Made by a program: the position numbers and the translations under genes
In this document: piece after piece, positions 24,252 through 38,645 of the stretch
How the letters are laid out: each line of letters begins with the position of its first letter
Position numbering within the stretch: position 1 is the first letter of the stretch
The notes under the pieces: model-generated
Told to the model about the DNA's origin: nothing
Seen by the model: only the letters and a program-made list of their open reading frames with translations
Database searches by the model: none
NCBI RefSeq assembly: GCF_009914755.1
Contig: NC_060928.1
DNA: 64,000 bases
Direction: 5' to 3' (one strand)
DNA from: the human T2T-CHM13v2.0 reference genome, Homo sapiens

Positions 24252-24721
24252 AAATAGAATCTTCTGATATAATAATATCAATAGTTACAACAATAAAGAA
24301 AATCACAGAAATTGCCTTTTATGGATGGTCTATAGTATTTATACTAGGCAATTATTTAATAAAATATTCATAATAACATTGGAGGTTGAAAAAGAAAGTC
24401 AATTAATATTTTATGAGTAATTTATTTGTCTGGTAGTATTTCAGATATTTTAAATATATTATTTCATATTTAATGATTTAAGGAGTATAACAGAGACAAA
24501 ATTAAATCTCAAGTTCATATCACTAACAAATATCACTGTGAGAAATTGAACTGATATACAATTTTAAAATTCATGTTCATTTAATCATAATATGTTGAGT
24601 GTAACAATACAATATGCATTAATTATATGAAAAAATATAAATCTTGTCAGTCAGAAAGCGGTAAACATTTAGTCCAAAGTATTTTCAGTTTGTAGGAAGT
24701 TTAAAAAGATTTAATATATGG

Positions 24722-25007
<286 letters not shown>

Positions 25008-25354
25008 TAATATATGGTTCCTGTTTTTTTTTTTTACTTATAAGGATATTAGAGAGATAAAACAAAAAATAAGCATCATTGATAGATACATTAAATATAT
25101 ATTCAACATAGATATTTTAAGTACTTAAGAGTGATACAGTAAATTATTTTGAAATTTGAATAAAAGGAATATTTTTAAAATTTTTATGGAGAAAGGGGAG
25201 TATGATCTGGACTCCTAGCTAATCTAATTCTCTTTCTTTTTTTAGTATTACTTAGTAGAGAACAAATTTCAAAATTCAAGAGGTGCTGGGAAAGTTGCTC
25301 ATTCTAGTAATATAAAATCAACTGTCAGAGTTTCTCTGTTAAGAAGGCTTTAAA

Positions 25355-25890
25355 AAAAGTTTTATTGAGATAGAATTGCAACAATTAAACTCAATACATG
25401 ATATAAATAAAACCATAGACTAGAGCATATACTACTTATGTCTGAGTTTTTTCACTCATTAAGATTATTTTGTGGTTCATCTCTGCTTTGGGGTATATTG
25501 AAAGTTTATTCATTTTTATTGCTGAGCAGTGTTTCATTATATTGATACATCACAGTTTTTTAATTCATTCACCTCTTGTTGGCTATTTGAATTGTTTCCA
25601 GGTTTTGACTACTACACACAAAGTTGCTGTAAATATTTTTGTAAAGCTTCTTCTATGGACATATGCTTTCATCTCTTTTGAGTAAATGCCTAAAAGCAGA
25701 ATGGGTGGTCAAATGGTAAGTATATGTTTAACTTTTTAAGAAAATGTCAAATTGTTTTCCAGTGTGATTGTAACATTTTACATCTTCATCTGCAGTGTAT
25801 GAGATTCCTAATTTTTCCACATACTTATCAATACTTGATGAAGCCAATCTTTTTAACATTAGCCATTTTAATAGGTTTGTAGTAATGTTT
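25355..25890 (-). mobile_element. L1MD/ME-type 3' fragment
   Basis: 'ttttattgagatagaatt...catttttattgctgagcagtgtttcatt...ttgtttccaggttttg...ttagccattttaatagg'. Confidence 0.75.
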
Positions 25891-27569
25891 ACTCTTAAAC
25901 AGATACCTAGAGGATTCCATCATTTAATATTTATACAATTTGAGTGGTATTAATTATATGTTTTAAAGAAGATAAAATGTACTCCCTTTATGTATTGTAA
26001 ACCATATTGCCAATGATTGTTTAACTATCATTTGTATACAAGGATGTTTATATAATAAAAGAACCTTGTAAAATTTTCTACCAGAAGAGGAAGAAAATTC
26101 TTAGGGAATCAGTCTAATTTATTTTATACATGGAAAGAAGTTGCCAGCATTTTATAAGTTTCAAGATAGAATGATATGCTATGGTTTTTCATACCCATTA
26201 TTTATTAACTTTTATTATCCTTACAAATATATGACACCTGTTTTCTTATAACTTAAAAATTTTACATTCAGGTATTCTACATTTTCTTTTATTCTTGGTT
26301 AGGCAAAATTTTTAAAAATGTATTATGTCTTTTAAATTTTATTCTTTTAAGGAACACAAAAAGTTATGCTAAACAAACAATTCCAATATAAATATCACCA
26401 TTTGTATGTATTGCATTTTTATCATATTTTAATTTTTGAGTGCTGTTCATTAAGAAATTGTATTTCATTTTTAAAGTGAGACATAGAATATATCTGCTTC
26501 TCTGATGACTAATATGCCTACAATATATATGAAAGCAGAATTTAAATGAATATAAACCACTCAATGTTTAGGAGTGGGATGTAAAAATGGTTTGTCAAGT
26601 TCACTTAGCTTTAGGAGTGGAATTATATTCAATGGAATCCTAACATCCTCATAGTTTCTATAGTTTTGAATAATTTCAACACAGAAATGGCTATATATTT
26701 TCTATTTAATACTTACTTATATTTCATTAGCAAAGGGTCTATTAAAATGAAGTATCTTGCCAAGTCATGTTTTTAAAATCCCACAAAAATACTTCCACAT
26801 AGTATCAACTGCCAACATAGTTGGGTGTATGAGGCACTTTATCTTATTTCTACATTTTAGTAATGTGTGTACACTGCCAATAATTGCATTGTATCAATGA
26901 AAAATAAGGAAAGAAATCCCTAATAATACAAACATTCTGCAAGTTTCTTGTTTTAAAGAAAGAGCACAATGATTTCCACTGCCCTTTGTATGTCTTAGTT
27001 GCTGGATTTACATTGATTTTTTTCCTGCTGTCACATTAGGATTTTGGCTAGAAATAATTTGTCCATAAATAGCATATTTGCAGGTCCTATTTTAGTATAG
27101 GCAATCAACTCAGATACTGATAAAGTCTTTGGTTAATTTTAATCATTAGTGAAGACACAAAGCTCTGAATTTAAAAGACTTCATTATTCACAAGGACAAA
27201 ACCACTGAGTTAGAATAAGTAAAGGCCATTTGTAAAATTTTTGTTTGTTCATGCATCTATAAATGTCTCATGTTTTTATTCATTATGGTTACCTATATGT
27301 TGGATACCTTCCTATCAGGTCACTGCCATATGTAAAAAATATTTTGACTTCTTCACTTTAAAGAAACAATTGTTCTTAAATATTAAGACACTATTGATTA
27401 ACAAAGTCACTTGTTCAAAGTACATAAGCATCATATATTTGACCCTGTCACTATTTCAACATTCATCATGCTTGAAACTTTTAAAGTTTTTACATCTTTT
27501 CATGTGTTCAGCTCTTTCGTTAGTGTGAGACATTTAAACATATAGCATACAGATTTTTACTAATTATAT

Positions 27570-27850
27570 TTTTCATGGGCTGTTGACATTGAGCTACTGA
27601 TTCTGACATTCAGAGATTGAGGGGTTATCTCAAGAATACCTGTGAATGGAGCAGAATTTGGCAGAAGGAGAAGCTGAACTGTATGCAGTGGCAATAAAAG
27701 TCTCAGCTGATCCCATAGTGATTCCGAAGTCAGGGTGACCATCAGGGACTAACTTGAGAGGTAATTCTCTTAATGATTATAGTAATGGGTGTCTTAATCC
27801 TGAAGAGAAGATCAGAGTGTCTCATCACGGCATGCACTCTAGTTGTAAGT
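27570..27850 (-). mobile_element. LTR33-like (ERVL) fragment
   Basis: 'ggcagaaggagaagctgaactgtatgcagtggcaataaaagtctcagctgatccca'. Confidence 0.55.
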
Positions 27851-27914
27851 GGCTTTAATCTCATATATGATTTTATGAAAACATTTGAAATTTAACTTTT
27901 AAACCTTTAATAAA

Positions 27915-28090
27915 TATGGCATTTCCTCAGAACTGTGATTTTTTTATATCTTAATGTTTCTAAAATCAGAATATGTCATAATGAATGTGTACCATTAATT
28001 TGATTTCTTTTTCAGAAAAAAAACACCTGAACCAGTATTACACTTTATAAGCAATCCCAATGCCTGTGTGAAGGAAAAAATATATAGTAC
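27915..28090. mobile_element. Possible Tc2/Kanga-like DNA transposon relic
   Basis: 'ttttttatatcttaatgtttctaaaatcagaatatgtc' loosely resembles Kanga1/MER104. Confidence 0.3.
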
Positions 28091-28749
28091 ATATCAAGTG
28101 GTGTAATTTTATGTTATGCTTCACACACACAGAAATATATCTGGTTTTATAAGTCTCTTTCTGATTCTGAAAGCAGATTAAGTATTTGACTAACATTCTT
28201 TCTATGTATCCATAGATAGATTTTTGGTAGGGCTTTGATTTGTGATCTTTCTGTATAGCCCAGGGAATTGATCATGATGATTTTAATCATGTTGAATCAA
28301 ATTCTGTCAAGCTGACCTGGGATCACTGTTTATTTTTCATGTTTGAATGTATGTCTTCAAAGTATTGCCATCCACACATTTTCTGTAGCCTTCTGTCTTC
28401 ATTTATCTTCTCACTGTACTTTTTAAGTCATTTTTGATCCATTTCAATTACTAAACATAACCAGGATCTTTGGAATTCTCCAGGCCAACATATCACTGCT
28501 CTGAGATTATTTCTGTAACTGAGAGGAATGTCTTGAAATAGAGGTAATAGGGTTAATAATTTTAAATAAGCTTCATAAGATAATCTCCATAAAATCATGT
28601 TGGTGGACCAGTAGAGTCCCCTTAAAGACACAGAATGGGAAACTGGGCTTGCAAAATATTTGCATAAGAGTATTCTTTAGTGAAAACCACAATACATTTC
28701 TCACATGGAAGCATATTAGAACAGTATAGCATATCTGGTATCAGCATTT

Positions 28750-29058
28750 TTTATTATTTTTTTTCAATTGAGACAGGATTTCACACTGTCACCCAGGCTG
28801 AAGTGCAGTGGTACAATCATAGCTCACTGCAGCATTGCTCTCTTGGGTTCAAGCACTCCTCTGGCCTCAGCCTCCCAAGCAGGGGGAACCACAGGCCCAT
28901 GTCACCATGCTTGGGCTATCTTTTTTTTTTTCTTTTGTAGAATTGAGGTCCCACTATATATGTTGTCCAAACTGGTCTCAAACTCCTGGACTCAAGTGAT
29001 CCTCCCACCTTGGCCTTGCAAAGTGCTGGGATTACAGGCAAGGGCCACTCTGCCTGTC
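28750..29058 (-). mobile_element. AluJ
   Basis: 'caatcatagctcactgcagc' and 'aactcctggactcaagtgatcctcccaccttggcc'. Flanked on both sides by agcat(t/c)t. Confidence 0.9.
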
Positions 29059-30709
29059 AGCATCTATTTTAGTTTTCTAGTCTTTCAGACAACTTGTTTC
29101 CAAAATGATGCTACTTTTCTTTTTCTTTATAAACAAACCGCTAGGGATCAATAAACACTCCGATTCCTCCCTTTACCCCTAACTGAATACTGTTAAATGC
29201 TTACATAAGGAGTAATAATAGGAGGAAGACTTCAGAGAAAGATTAGCTCAAATAAGAGAAAAATGTTGACTTGTTTTTACAGAAAGCAATGTTAAAATAT
29301 TACCAAAGATACTAAATAGCATAATATTTTACATTCTCTTTCAATTTCTGTTTTTAAATAATCATACGTTATTAACATTGGTACTCAATCAAGTATCACT
29401 CATATATATTTAAATATACATTTCTAAGTTTTTATATATTTTTCACTATAAATCTAATGGTGTTGGTTTTTTTCCTGTGTTAAAAAAAGCAGTTGCCATC
29501 ACATGTGGTTGATCTCATAAATTTCACTATGCTAAAGACTGAAGAGAATGAATGAATCAATGTAAGACATAAATGTCTGATTTAAGGTGACCTAGTAAAG
29601 ATTTGCTTATGCTTTTGTGTGATTCACATAGGAAGAGGCTTTCAGTTCTAGGATGTACATCTGAATATAAGTGTGCACTGTGTCACAGTAAATTCAAGTT
29701 GATCTGAACATTATACGAGTCCAGTGATTCACCACATAACCTCAAATGCTGGAAAGCACGTAAGCAACAGACTAAACTTTGAGAGTCAGAGAAATGGAAA
29801 GAAAAGCTATTTCTGGTGAGGGAGAAAAAATAGAAGTTAAAAAAATCCATGAAATATTTATGGGTTTTGCATGTATCTTTCTAATAAGAATGCAAATATT
29901 GTGAATTCTTTCTACTCATACAGTACTGACATTTACCAAATAGAATTCTGTTATTTGACCTCTTTCTGTAAACGTTGACATTGCACTCACATTTATAATA
30001 GATTTCTGTCTGTTTTACCACAGTTGAATGTTTCCATTGGGAATGTTATTACTTATTATGGCTCAAAATGCACCTGCACCAGCTGTGCGACTAAACATAA
30101 AGAAGGCACCAGCCAAAATCCCGGATACTCTTAACAGTCCTTTGCTGCATTACTGCCATAGATCCAACATCCATCCTGAAGCGGCAGGAAGGAAACTTCT
30201 CTAACACTTCATTTCCATAGAAATGAGAGTCTGACTTGTACTCTTGCTTTCTTTCATAGCAGTATCTACTGACCTATTCCTTGCATCCTTAACTTTAGGC
30301 AGTCTCATGTTGCATTAGTACAAATTGTTAGATAAAAGATGATAAATTCAGTTGAGTAATAACCTAGAAATGTTAAGAAAAAAATAATATATGTAGTTTA
30401 CTTAAAAGCACAAAAGCATAAAGAGAATGGGGGAAAACAGGACCTTAGCCTATTTTGTAAAAAAACTATCGAATCATTAACACAATTAGCATTACCAAGA
30501 GGTTCTCTGAGATCAGAAAGCATTTTATAAAAAATATCTTATATATATGTAATTAAGCTCTGTCATTATGTTTTTATAGTTTTGCAGATGTTGGAAATGG
30601 GTCAGGTCAACATAAATAAAAATGCTGAGAATAATTCTCTTCAGGAACTAAATCTGAAGAGACAAGTAATATAATACTAAACCAAAATATAAATTAAAAC
30701 ATACATTTC

Positions 30710-31090
<381 letters not shown>

Positions 31091-31454
31091 TTATTGGACT
31101 GTCAACTAAATTGACTTTTTAAAAACAGAATAATTTAAAGTGGTTATTTTTCATGTTAAATATTGATTTTATTATATTTATTTTTTAATTAGTTCCAAAG
31201 GCTACACAGACATTTCTCAATATCATATGATAGGCCCATTCTTGACTTGTTGGACTTCTGTAGGGTAGCTAATGATGAGAAATCTATTTATCTGAGAATC
31301 AGTGAATTTTTTTTGTTATTCCTACTCACAAAATTGTAAATTTTCTCATTTCTTTTTCCTGCTGTTTCCTCCAATCAATATATTTATGACTACTTGACAA
31401 ATCAGTGGCAGCAAATATATGGATGTTAGTTTAGTCAAAAGCTTAATTAGATAA

Positions 31455-31680
31455 TATTATTTATTCAGTAGTTTTTATCCAGCTAATATGCATGAAACTC
31501 TAAACTAGGGATTAGGTTAAGCTCTGGGGATAAAAATCTCCACTCTTAAGAAATTTAAAATTTATTAGTGACTACAGATAATCAAACAAATCTTTTTCTA
31601 ACTTACTCAGATACATGGCAAAGTGTGGTAGGAGTTTGTTAGCTGAAGGTCCATGATTGAGGAGGGTGAAACTGCATTAG
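31455..31680 (-). mobile_element. L2 3' fragment
   Basis: 'ttatttattcagtagttttta...taagctctggggataaaaatctccactcttaagaaatttaaaattta'. Confidence 0.4.
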
Positions 31681-31693
31681 ATAAAACAACATT

Positions 31694-31988
31694 GGCTGAA
31701 TGCGGTGGCTCATACCTGTAATCCTAGCACTTTGGGAGGCCGAAGCGGGTGGATCACCTGAGGTTAGGAGTTTGAGACCAGCCTGACCAACATGGTGAAA
31801 CCCTGTGTCTACTAAAAATACAAAAATTAGCTGGGTGTGGTGGCGGGTGCCTATAATTCCAGCTACTCATGAGGCTGAGGCTGGAGAATCGCTTGAACCT
31901 GGAGGGCAGAGGTTGCAGTGAGCTGAGATCGTGCTGCTGCACTTAGCCTGGGCTACAGAGCCACGCTCATCTCAAAAAAAAAAAAAAA
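31694..31988 (+). mobile_element. AluSx-like
   Basis: Full dimeric Alu with a poly(A) tail. Confidence 0.9.
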
Positions 31989-32026
31989 TACAGCATGTGC
32001 AAGGGGTCAAAGACAGTTTTTAGCTA

Positions 32027-35015
32027 GCAAATAAAATCAGAGATGAAAAAGAGACATTAAAACTGACAACAGAAAAATACAAAGAATTATAAGCGAGTAT
32101 TATGAACAACCATATACCAACAAATTAGAAAACAGAAGAAATGAATAAATTCCTGGATGCACACAGCTTACCAAGATTGAATCATGAAGTAATAGAAAAC
32201 CTGAACAGACCAAAAATGAGTAATGAGATCAAAGCAGTAATAAAATGTCTCCCATCAAAGCAAAGCCCAGGATCTAATGGCTTCATTGCTGGATTCTACC
32301 AGTCATTTAAAGAATAACTAATACCAATTCTACTCAAACAATCCAAAAAATTGAAGAGGATGGAATACTTCCAAACTCATTCCATGAGGCCAGCATTACT
32401 GTGATGCCAAAACTAGACCAGGACACAGCAACAACAACAATGAAAGCAACAACAACTACTGGCCAATATGCCTGATGAACATAGATGCAAAAATCCTCAA
32501 CAAAATACTAGTAAGCATAATTCAACAGCATATCTAAAAGATCATTTATCACAATCAAGTTGGATTCATTCAAGAGATATAAGGATGGTTCAACATATAC
32601 AAATCAATAAACATGATACATTACATGAACAGAATCAAGAACAAAACCCATAAGACTGTTTCAATAGATGATGAAAGAAATTTGATAAATTTTTAAAATG
32701 CTTTTAGAATCAAAGACCTTAACAAACTGGGTATAGAAAAAACATACCTCAAAACAGTAAAGGACATACATGGCAAACCCACAGCTAACATTATACTGAA
32801 CAAGAAAAAGTTAAAAGTGTTTTCTGTAAGATCTGTAGCAAGATAAGTATGCCCACTTTCCTCAATCTTATTCAACATAATATTGGAAGTTTTAGCCAGA
32901 GCAGTTAGGCAGCAAAAGAAATAATGGACATCCAAATTGGGATGGAGGGAATTAAATTGTCCCTCTTTGCATACAAATTATTATATATATATATATATAT
33001 AATCTTAATGACTCCACCAAAAAACTGTTCCAATTAACAAATGAATTTAGCAAATTTGCAGAATAGAAAATGAACTTATGAAAACTAGTAGTGTTTCTAT
33101 TCAACAATAGTGAATTCTCTGAAAAATCAAAGAAGTTATCCCACTTATAATAGCTCTAAAAATACAATAAAATATCTAGGAATACACTTAACTAAGTATG
33201 TGACAAATTTTTACCATAAAAATCAAAAAATAAATTGATGAAAAAAATTAGAGAGGACACAAATAAATGAAAATACATCCCCTGTCCATGAACTAGAAGA
33301 ATTAGTAGGTACAAATGTCCACATTGACTATCTGTACTCAATGTAATCTATATTAAAATACTAATGGCATTCTTCACAAAAATAGTAAAACAATGTTAAA
33401 ATTCACATGGAAATGCCAAAGACCCTGGGATAGACAAAATGATCTTGAACAAAAATAACAAAGCTGGAGACATTACACGACCTGACTTCAAAATATACTA
33501 CAAAGCTATAGTATTCAAAACAGCATGCAATTGGCATAAACATAAACACATAGACCAGAATAATGAACAAGAATATTGAACTCAGGTATAAATCCATGCA
33601 TTTACAGCCAACTAACTTGCAACTAAGACACCAAGAATATACATTAGGGAAAGAACTGTATCTTCAACTAATAGTTCTGGGGAACCTGGCTAGCCACATG
33701 CAGAAGAATGAAACTAGATCCTTTTCTCTTACAATATACAATAATAAACTCTCAATAATTTAAAGACTTAAATGTAAGACATGAAATGTTGAAACTACTA
33801 GGAGAAAATGTAGGGTAACTGCCTCATAAATTTTAACTTGGCAAATATTTTTAGAATAAGACCTCAAAGCACAAGCAACAAAAGCAAAAATAGACCAATG
33901 AAATTACAACTAAATAAAAAGCGTCTTCACAACTAAGGAAACCATCAATAAAATAAAAAGACAACCTGCAGAATGGGAGAAGTTATTTGCAAACTATTCA
34001 TCTGACAATGAGTAAATATCCAGGATATAAAAGTAACCAGAACAGCACAATAAAACAAACACACAAATGATCTGACTTGAAAATGGCAAAAGATTTGAAT
34101 AGATGTTTCTCAAAAGAAGACATATATTTAATATTTGAAAAAATGTTCAGCATCACTAATCATCAGGGAAATTCAAATGGAAAACATAATGGGATATCAC
34201 CTCACCCCACTCCGAATGGCTATTATCAAAAAAGATAAAACCTAAGAAATATTGGCAAAGAAGCAGAGTAAAGGGAACTCATACTTTATTGGTTGGAATG
34301 TAAATTAGTACAGCCAATAAAAAAGCAGCATCGAAGTTCCTCAAAATATTAAAATCCCATTACTGAGTATATATCCAAAGGAAATAAAATCAGTATGTCA
34401 AAGAGACATCTGCTCTTGCATGCTTATTGCAGCATTATTCACAATAGTTAAGATAGTGAATCAACTTAAGAATCCATCAAGGGATGCACGGATAAAGTGT
34501 GGATTATATACACAATAGAATACTATTTGGCCGTAAAGCAGAATGAAATTTGTATTTGTGGCAACATGGATAAAACTAGAGAGCATTGTGTTAAGTCAAA
34601 TAGCCAGGCATAGAAAGACAAACACATTATTTCACCCATATGTGGAAACTTAAAAAGTTGATTTCATGGAAGTAAAGAGTAGAATGGGGTAACATAAAAT
34701 GGACAGGATAGGAGGGAGTAGGAGGTTGGAAGTGGTCGGTCGACATGCAAAAATTCCAGTAAGCAGGAAGAATAAATTCTGGTATTTTATTACGTAGTAG
34801 AATGACTTTAGTAAATAAGAATGTAGTCTGTATTTTAAGATAGAAGATACAATTTTGAATGTTGTCATTACAAGAAATGATAAATATTTAAAGTGAATAA
34901 TATGCTAATTACCCCGATTTGATCATTATACAATGCATCCATGCATTTAACCTTCATACTACAACCCATAAATATGTAGAGTTATTATGTGTCAATTATA
35001 AATTTAAAAATTATT
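32027..35015 (+). mobile_element. 5'-truncated L1MA4-like LINE-1
   Basis: ORF2 RT-region remnants and an L1MA-type 3'UTR 'gctaattaccccgatttgatcattatacaatg...ttattatgtgtcaatta'. Confidence 0.85.
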
Positions 35016-35519
35016 AACACAAATATATCTTCATTTGAAAAAGATCAGGCAATGCTATTGTCTTATGTTGCTTTGAGAAAAAATTTAAATATTAAATAAA
35101 GAAGAAAAACATAAAATAGTGTCTAAATAATACAAATATTTTATTTTCATCCATACAAGAGAGCTGTCCATACTATGTTTTAAGCCTCATGCCTATAATT
35201 CTGAAGAGTTTTGCAAAATATATGAAGCTATAAAAATTATGAAAGCTTATTATCAATAAAGAGAATAAGGTGTGTAGGTGTGAGCATGGACACACATACA
35301 TGCATGTGTACTTGACTTGATGATGTTTAAAAGAAATACTAACAAAATCCTATAACTTATTTTTCTCAAATTGTCTCAGATGCTTTTTTGCAATCAATGT
35401 GGCAAAATCAGTGTGATTTCTCCCTCCTGAAGAAAATGTTCAGTCCCTAGAAACTTCCAGGCCCCATAGTGCTTCTGCTTCTCTTTATTCAATGCTTGTA
35501 TTTGAAAGAAAAATCATGT

Positions 35520-35745
35520 TACCGTAAAAATAGCACCTGCTCTGGAGTCAGGCAGATATGGGTCACATATCATATCTCAGGAACTAATTAATTGTGTAAC
35601 TTCGGTCAAATTTAATTAAAACTCTTAGCTTCAATTTCTTCATCTGCAAAAGGAGAATGTTATTATCATATATAGTTGTAAGAATTAAGGATAATGCTGT
35701 AAAGTGTTTTTAAACATAGTAATAAGCTCATATTATCATGGTACT
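35520..35745 (+). mobile_element. MIR
   Basis: 'gctctggagtcaggcagatatgggt...tgtgtaacttcggtcaaattt...tttcttcatctgcaaaagg'. Confidence 0.75.
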
Positions 35746-36655
35746 TATTTGTTTTTATTTAACCTCAACAAATGTTTTAATGAAGATGTGGACAATGTAG
35801 TATAATTTTCCTAGGAATTTAGTCCACACTTGGATTAGCTATATGCAACATACTTCTTTTTGTTTTCTCATTTACCAGCTCATTAATATTCATTAAACAT
35901 AGCTTTTATAAAGTAATCAACTTATAAAATGGCAGTATTATTATTTATTAACAGCATATTTATATAAGACATAGAAAAACACAAATAGTAAAAACAAAAG
36001 TTAAAATCTAGGTTTAACATTCTTGCAATCCAACAAATACAAACTGTAAATAAATTTTGATCAAATATAGGAAAAAAATTAGAACAGAAGAAAGGCAGAA
36101 AAATAGCTTGTTAACTTCAATTAATTTCTTTATAAAATATTAAACAAATTTCAATGCAATTATCTAGATTCAATTTTTATAAGAGAAAAATATGAAAAAT
36201 TAGGAAAAAATTATGATTACTATAGCTTTCAATATTTCTAGAACTTCATATATTCCAGATATGTAATAAGAATTAAGTATATGAATATAATTCAACATAA
36301 TATAGTTGCAATTAAAACTCTGCCAACTATTTATACTCTTAAAAAGAGCAACTGATCATTGAGTAAAAATTAAGTTATTCTTAGATCATTTTCTTTGTGG
36401 CACAGCAGTTGTTGCATTCTTCTTACTAACTAATTTGTTTCTATGTCAAAGTACCATTCTTAACACTTAGAAAATATTATGTGTAATAAGTTGTTATATG
36501 CTACTCATAGAAGTAGAAGCAAAGAACTTTGATAGAAAAAGAATGATACCAAATATAGATGGCCAAAGTTGATAGATATCCTAATGGTATGGTTTAATTT
36601 GCTACCTTAATAAATGTAGTATATTAACTAAGTGGTTAAGGCAATCAATCAGCAA

Positions 36656-37597
36656 CACAGAATGGGAGAAAATTTTTGCACTCTATCCATCTGACAAAAG
36701 GCTAATATCCAGAATCTACAAGGAACTTAAACAAATGTACAAGAAAACAAACAAACAACCCCATCAAACAGTGGGTGAAGGATATGAACAGACACTTCTC
36801 AAAAGAAGACATTTATGCAGCCAACAAACATATGAAAAAAAGCTCATCATCATTGGTTATTAGAGAAATGCAAATCAAAACCACAATGAGATACCATCTC
36901 ATGCCAGTTAGAATGGCGATCATTAAAAAGTCAAGAAACAACAGATGCTGGGGAGGATGTGGAGGAATAAGAACACTTTTACACTGTTGGTGGGAGTGTA
37001 AATTAGTTCAACCATTATGGAAGACAGTGTGGCGATTCCTGAAGGATCTAGAAGTAGAAATACCATTTGACCCAGCAATCCCATTACTGAGTATATACCC
37101 AAAGGATTATGAATCATTCTACTATGAGACACATGCACACGTATGTTTATTGTGGCACTATTCACAATAGTAGAGACTTGGAACGAGCCCAAATGCCCAT
37201 CAATGATAGACTGGATAAAGCAAATATGGCACATATACACCATGGAATATTATGCAGACATAAAAAAGGATGAGTTTACGTCCTTTGCAGGGACACGGAT
37301 GAAGCTGGAAACCGTCATCCTCAGCAAACTAACACAAGAACAGAAAACCAAACACCACATGTTCTCACTCATAAGTGGGAGTTGAACAATGAGAACACAT
37401 GGACACAGGGAAGGGAACATCACACACCGGGGCCTGCTGGGGGGTCAGGGGCTAGGGGAGGCATAGCATTAGGAGAAATATCTAATGTAGATGTTGAGTT
37501 GATGGGTGCCGCAAACCACCATGGCACGTGTATACCTATGTAACAAACCTGCACGTTGTGCACATGTACCCCAGAACTTAAAATATAATAATAAAAA
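36656..37597 (+). mobile_element. 5'-truncated L1PA7-like LINE-1
   Basis: ORF2 C-terminus with the CCHC motif ([18 protein letters not shown] in ORF 36775-37170, continuing in 37143-37385 after a frameshift). Primate 3'UTR and A-tail. Confidence 0.92.
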
Positions 37598-37979
37598 TAT
37601 TAACCAGTCTAAAAAAATAAATCTGAATAAAATAAAAATCTTGTCTCAATCTGTTTATTTTTCTCATTATGGCTACTATTTTTATAAAGGCAAGACCAGA
37701 TATTACAGGAAAACTTGTTCTCAGGGACAGATTGGATTATTTCCTATTATTTCCACAAACTCTAGTGAAATTTCCTAGTCTGCATTTGTAGAAAATTGTT
37801 TCCAATGATTGCTTTTTATTGCACTTTTAAAGAAATGTATTTTATATAGAAAACTATGTATACTAGTCTACTAAATGGAATTACAATACACTTTTGTTGT
37901 AGTGTTAACATTAATTTTACAGTGAAAACATCTCAGAGGCCCATTTTCCATTACATGAACAACAACAACAGCAAGAGCA

Positions 37980-38180
37980 ACATGATAGCTAACTTGTTTT
38001 GAGCATGTACATCCTGTGAAGTTTTATATAAAGCATTATAAAAGATCAAGTTTTACTTAATGGTCACAATCATCTTGAAGTAGGTATAACTATGACATTT
38101 GTTTAGTGAATAAGAAAAATAAGGTTTGGAGTAGTATACTCCTGATTACAATCAGAATTCAAACCTGAATCTGAATTGAA
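37980..38180 (-). mobile_element. MIR fragment
   Basis: 'atagctaacttgttttgagcatgtac...ttacttaatggtcacaatcatcttgaagtaggta...aattcaaacctg'. Confidence 0.55.
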
Positions 38181-38297
38181 TAAAGATAACTGGGTTTAGT
38201 TCACTAGAAAATAACAATATAGAAAGTCTCCAGTGTGCTATGCCTTGATATTTTCATTCATTATAATGACATGCTTGTGTCCACCATACCCGAAATT

Positions 38298-38645
38298 CAA
38301 ATGTCAGAATGCTTGTATCTCCTTCAAAATTCATATGTTAAAATTTTAACTCCCAATGTGATAGCATTAGGAGGTGGAGTCTTTGTTAGATAATTAGGCC
38401 ATGAGAACTAAGCCTCATGAATGGAATTAACGCCCTTATAAATTAGGTCCCAGAGGGCCCCCTTATCCCATCTGCCATGTGAGATTGTTGACGAACAAGG
38501 AAGCAGGCCCTTACCAGTTAACAAATATGCAGTTGTCTTGATCTTGGACTTCCCGGCATCCAGAACTGTGAGAAATACATTTCTGTTGCTTACAAACCAC
38601 CCAGTCTATGGCATTTTGTTATAGAAGCCTGAACACATGAAGGCA
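38298..38645 (+). mobile_element. MLT1A0-like MaLR LTR
   Basis: 'caaaattcatatgttaaaatttt...cttgatcttggacttccc..catccagaactgtgagaaata...ttttgttatagaagcctgaac'. Confidence 0.85.

Noticed and set aside
28259-28321. C/D-box snoRNA-like or hairpin element (cccagg...ATGATGA...CTGA cctggg)
   Set aside because: Only ~42 nt span box C to box D, box C is offset from the stem, and I recognise no family. An Rfam/snoscan hit would be needed.
36775-37385. ORFs with clear protein similarity (CCHC motif)
   Set aside because: They are the frameshifted ORF2 C-terminus of a 5'-truncated L1, not a gene.
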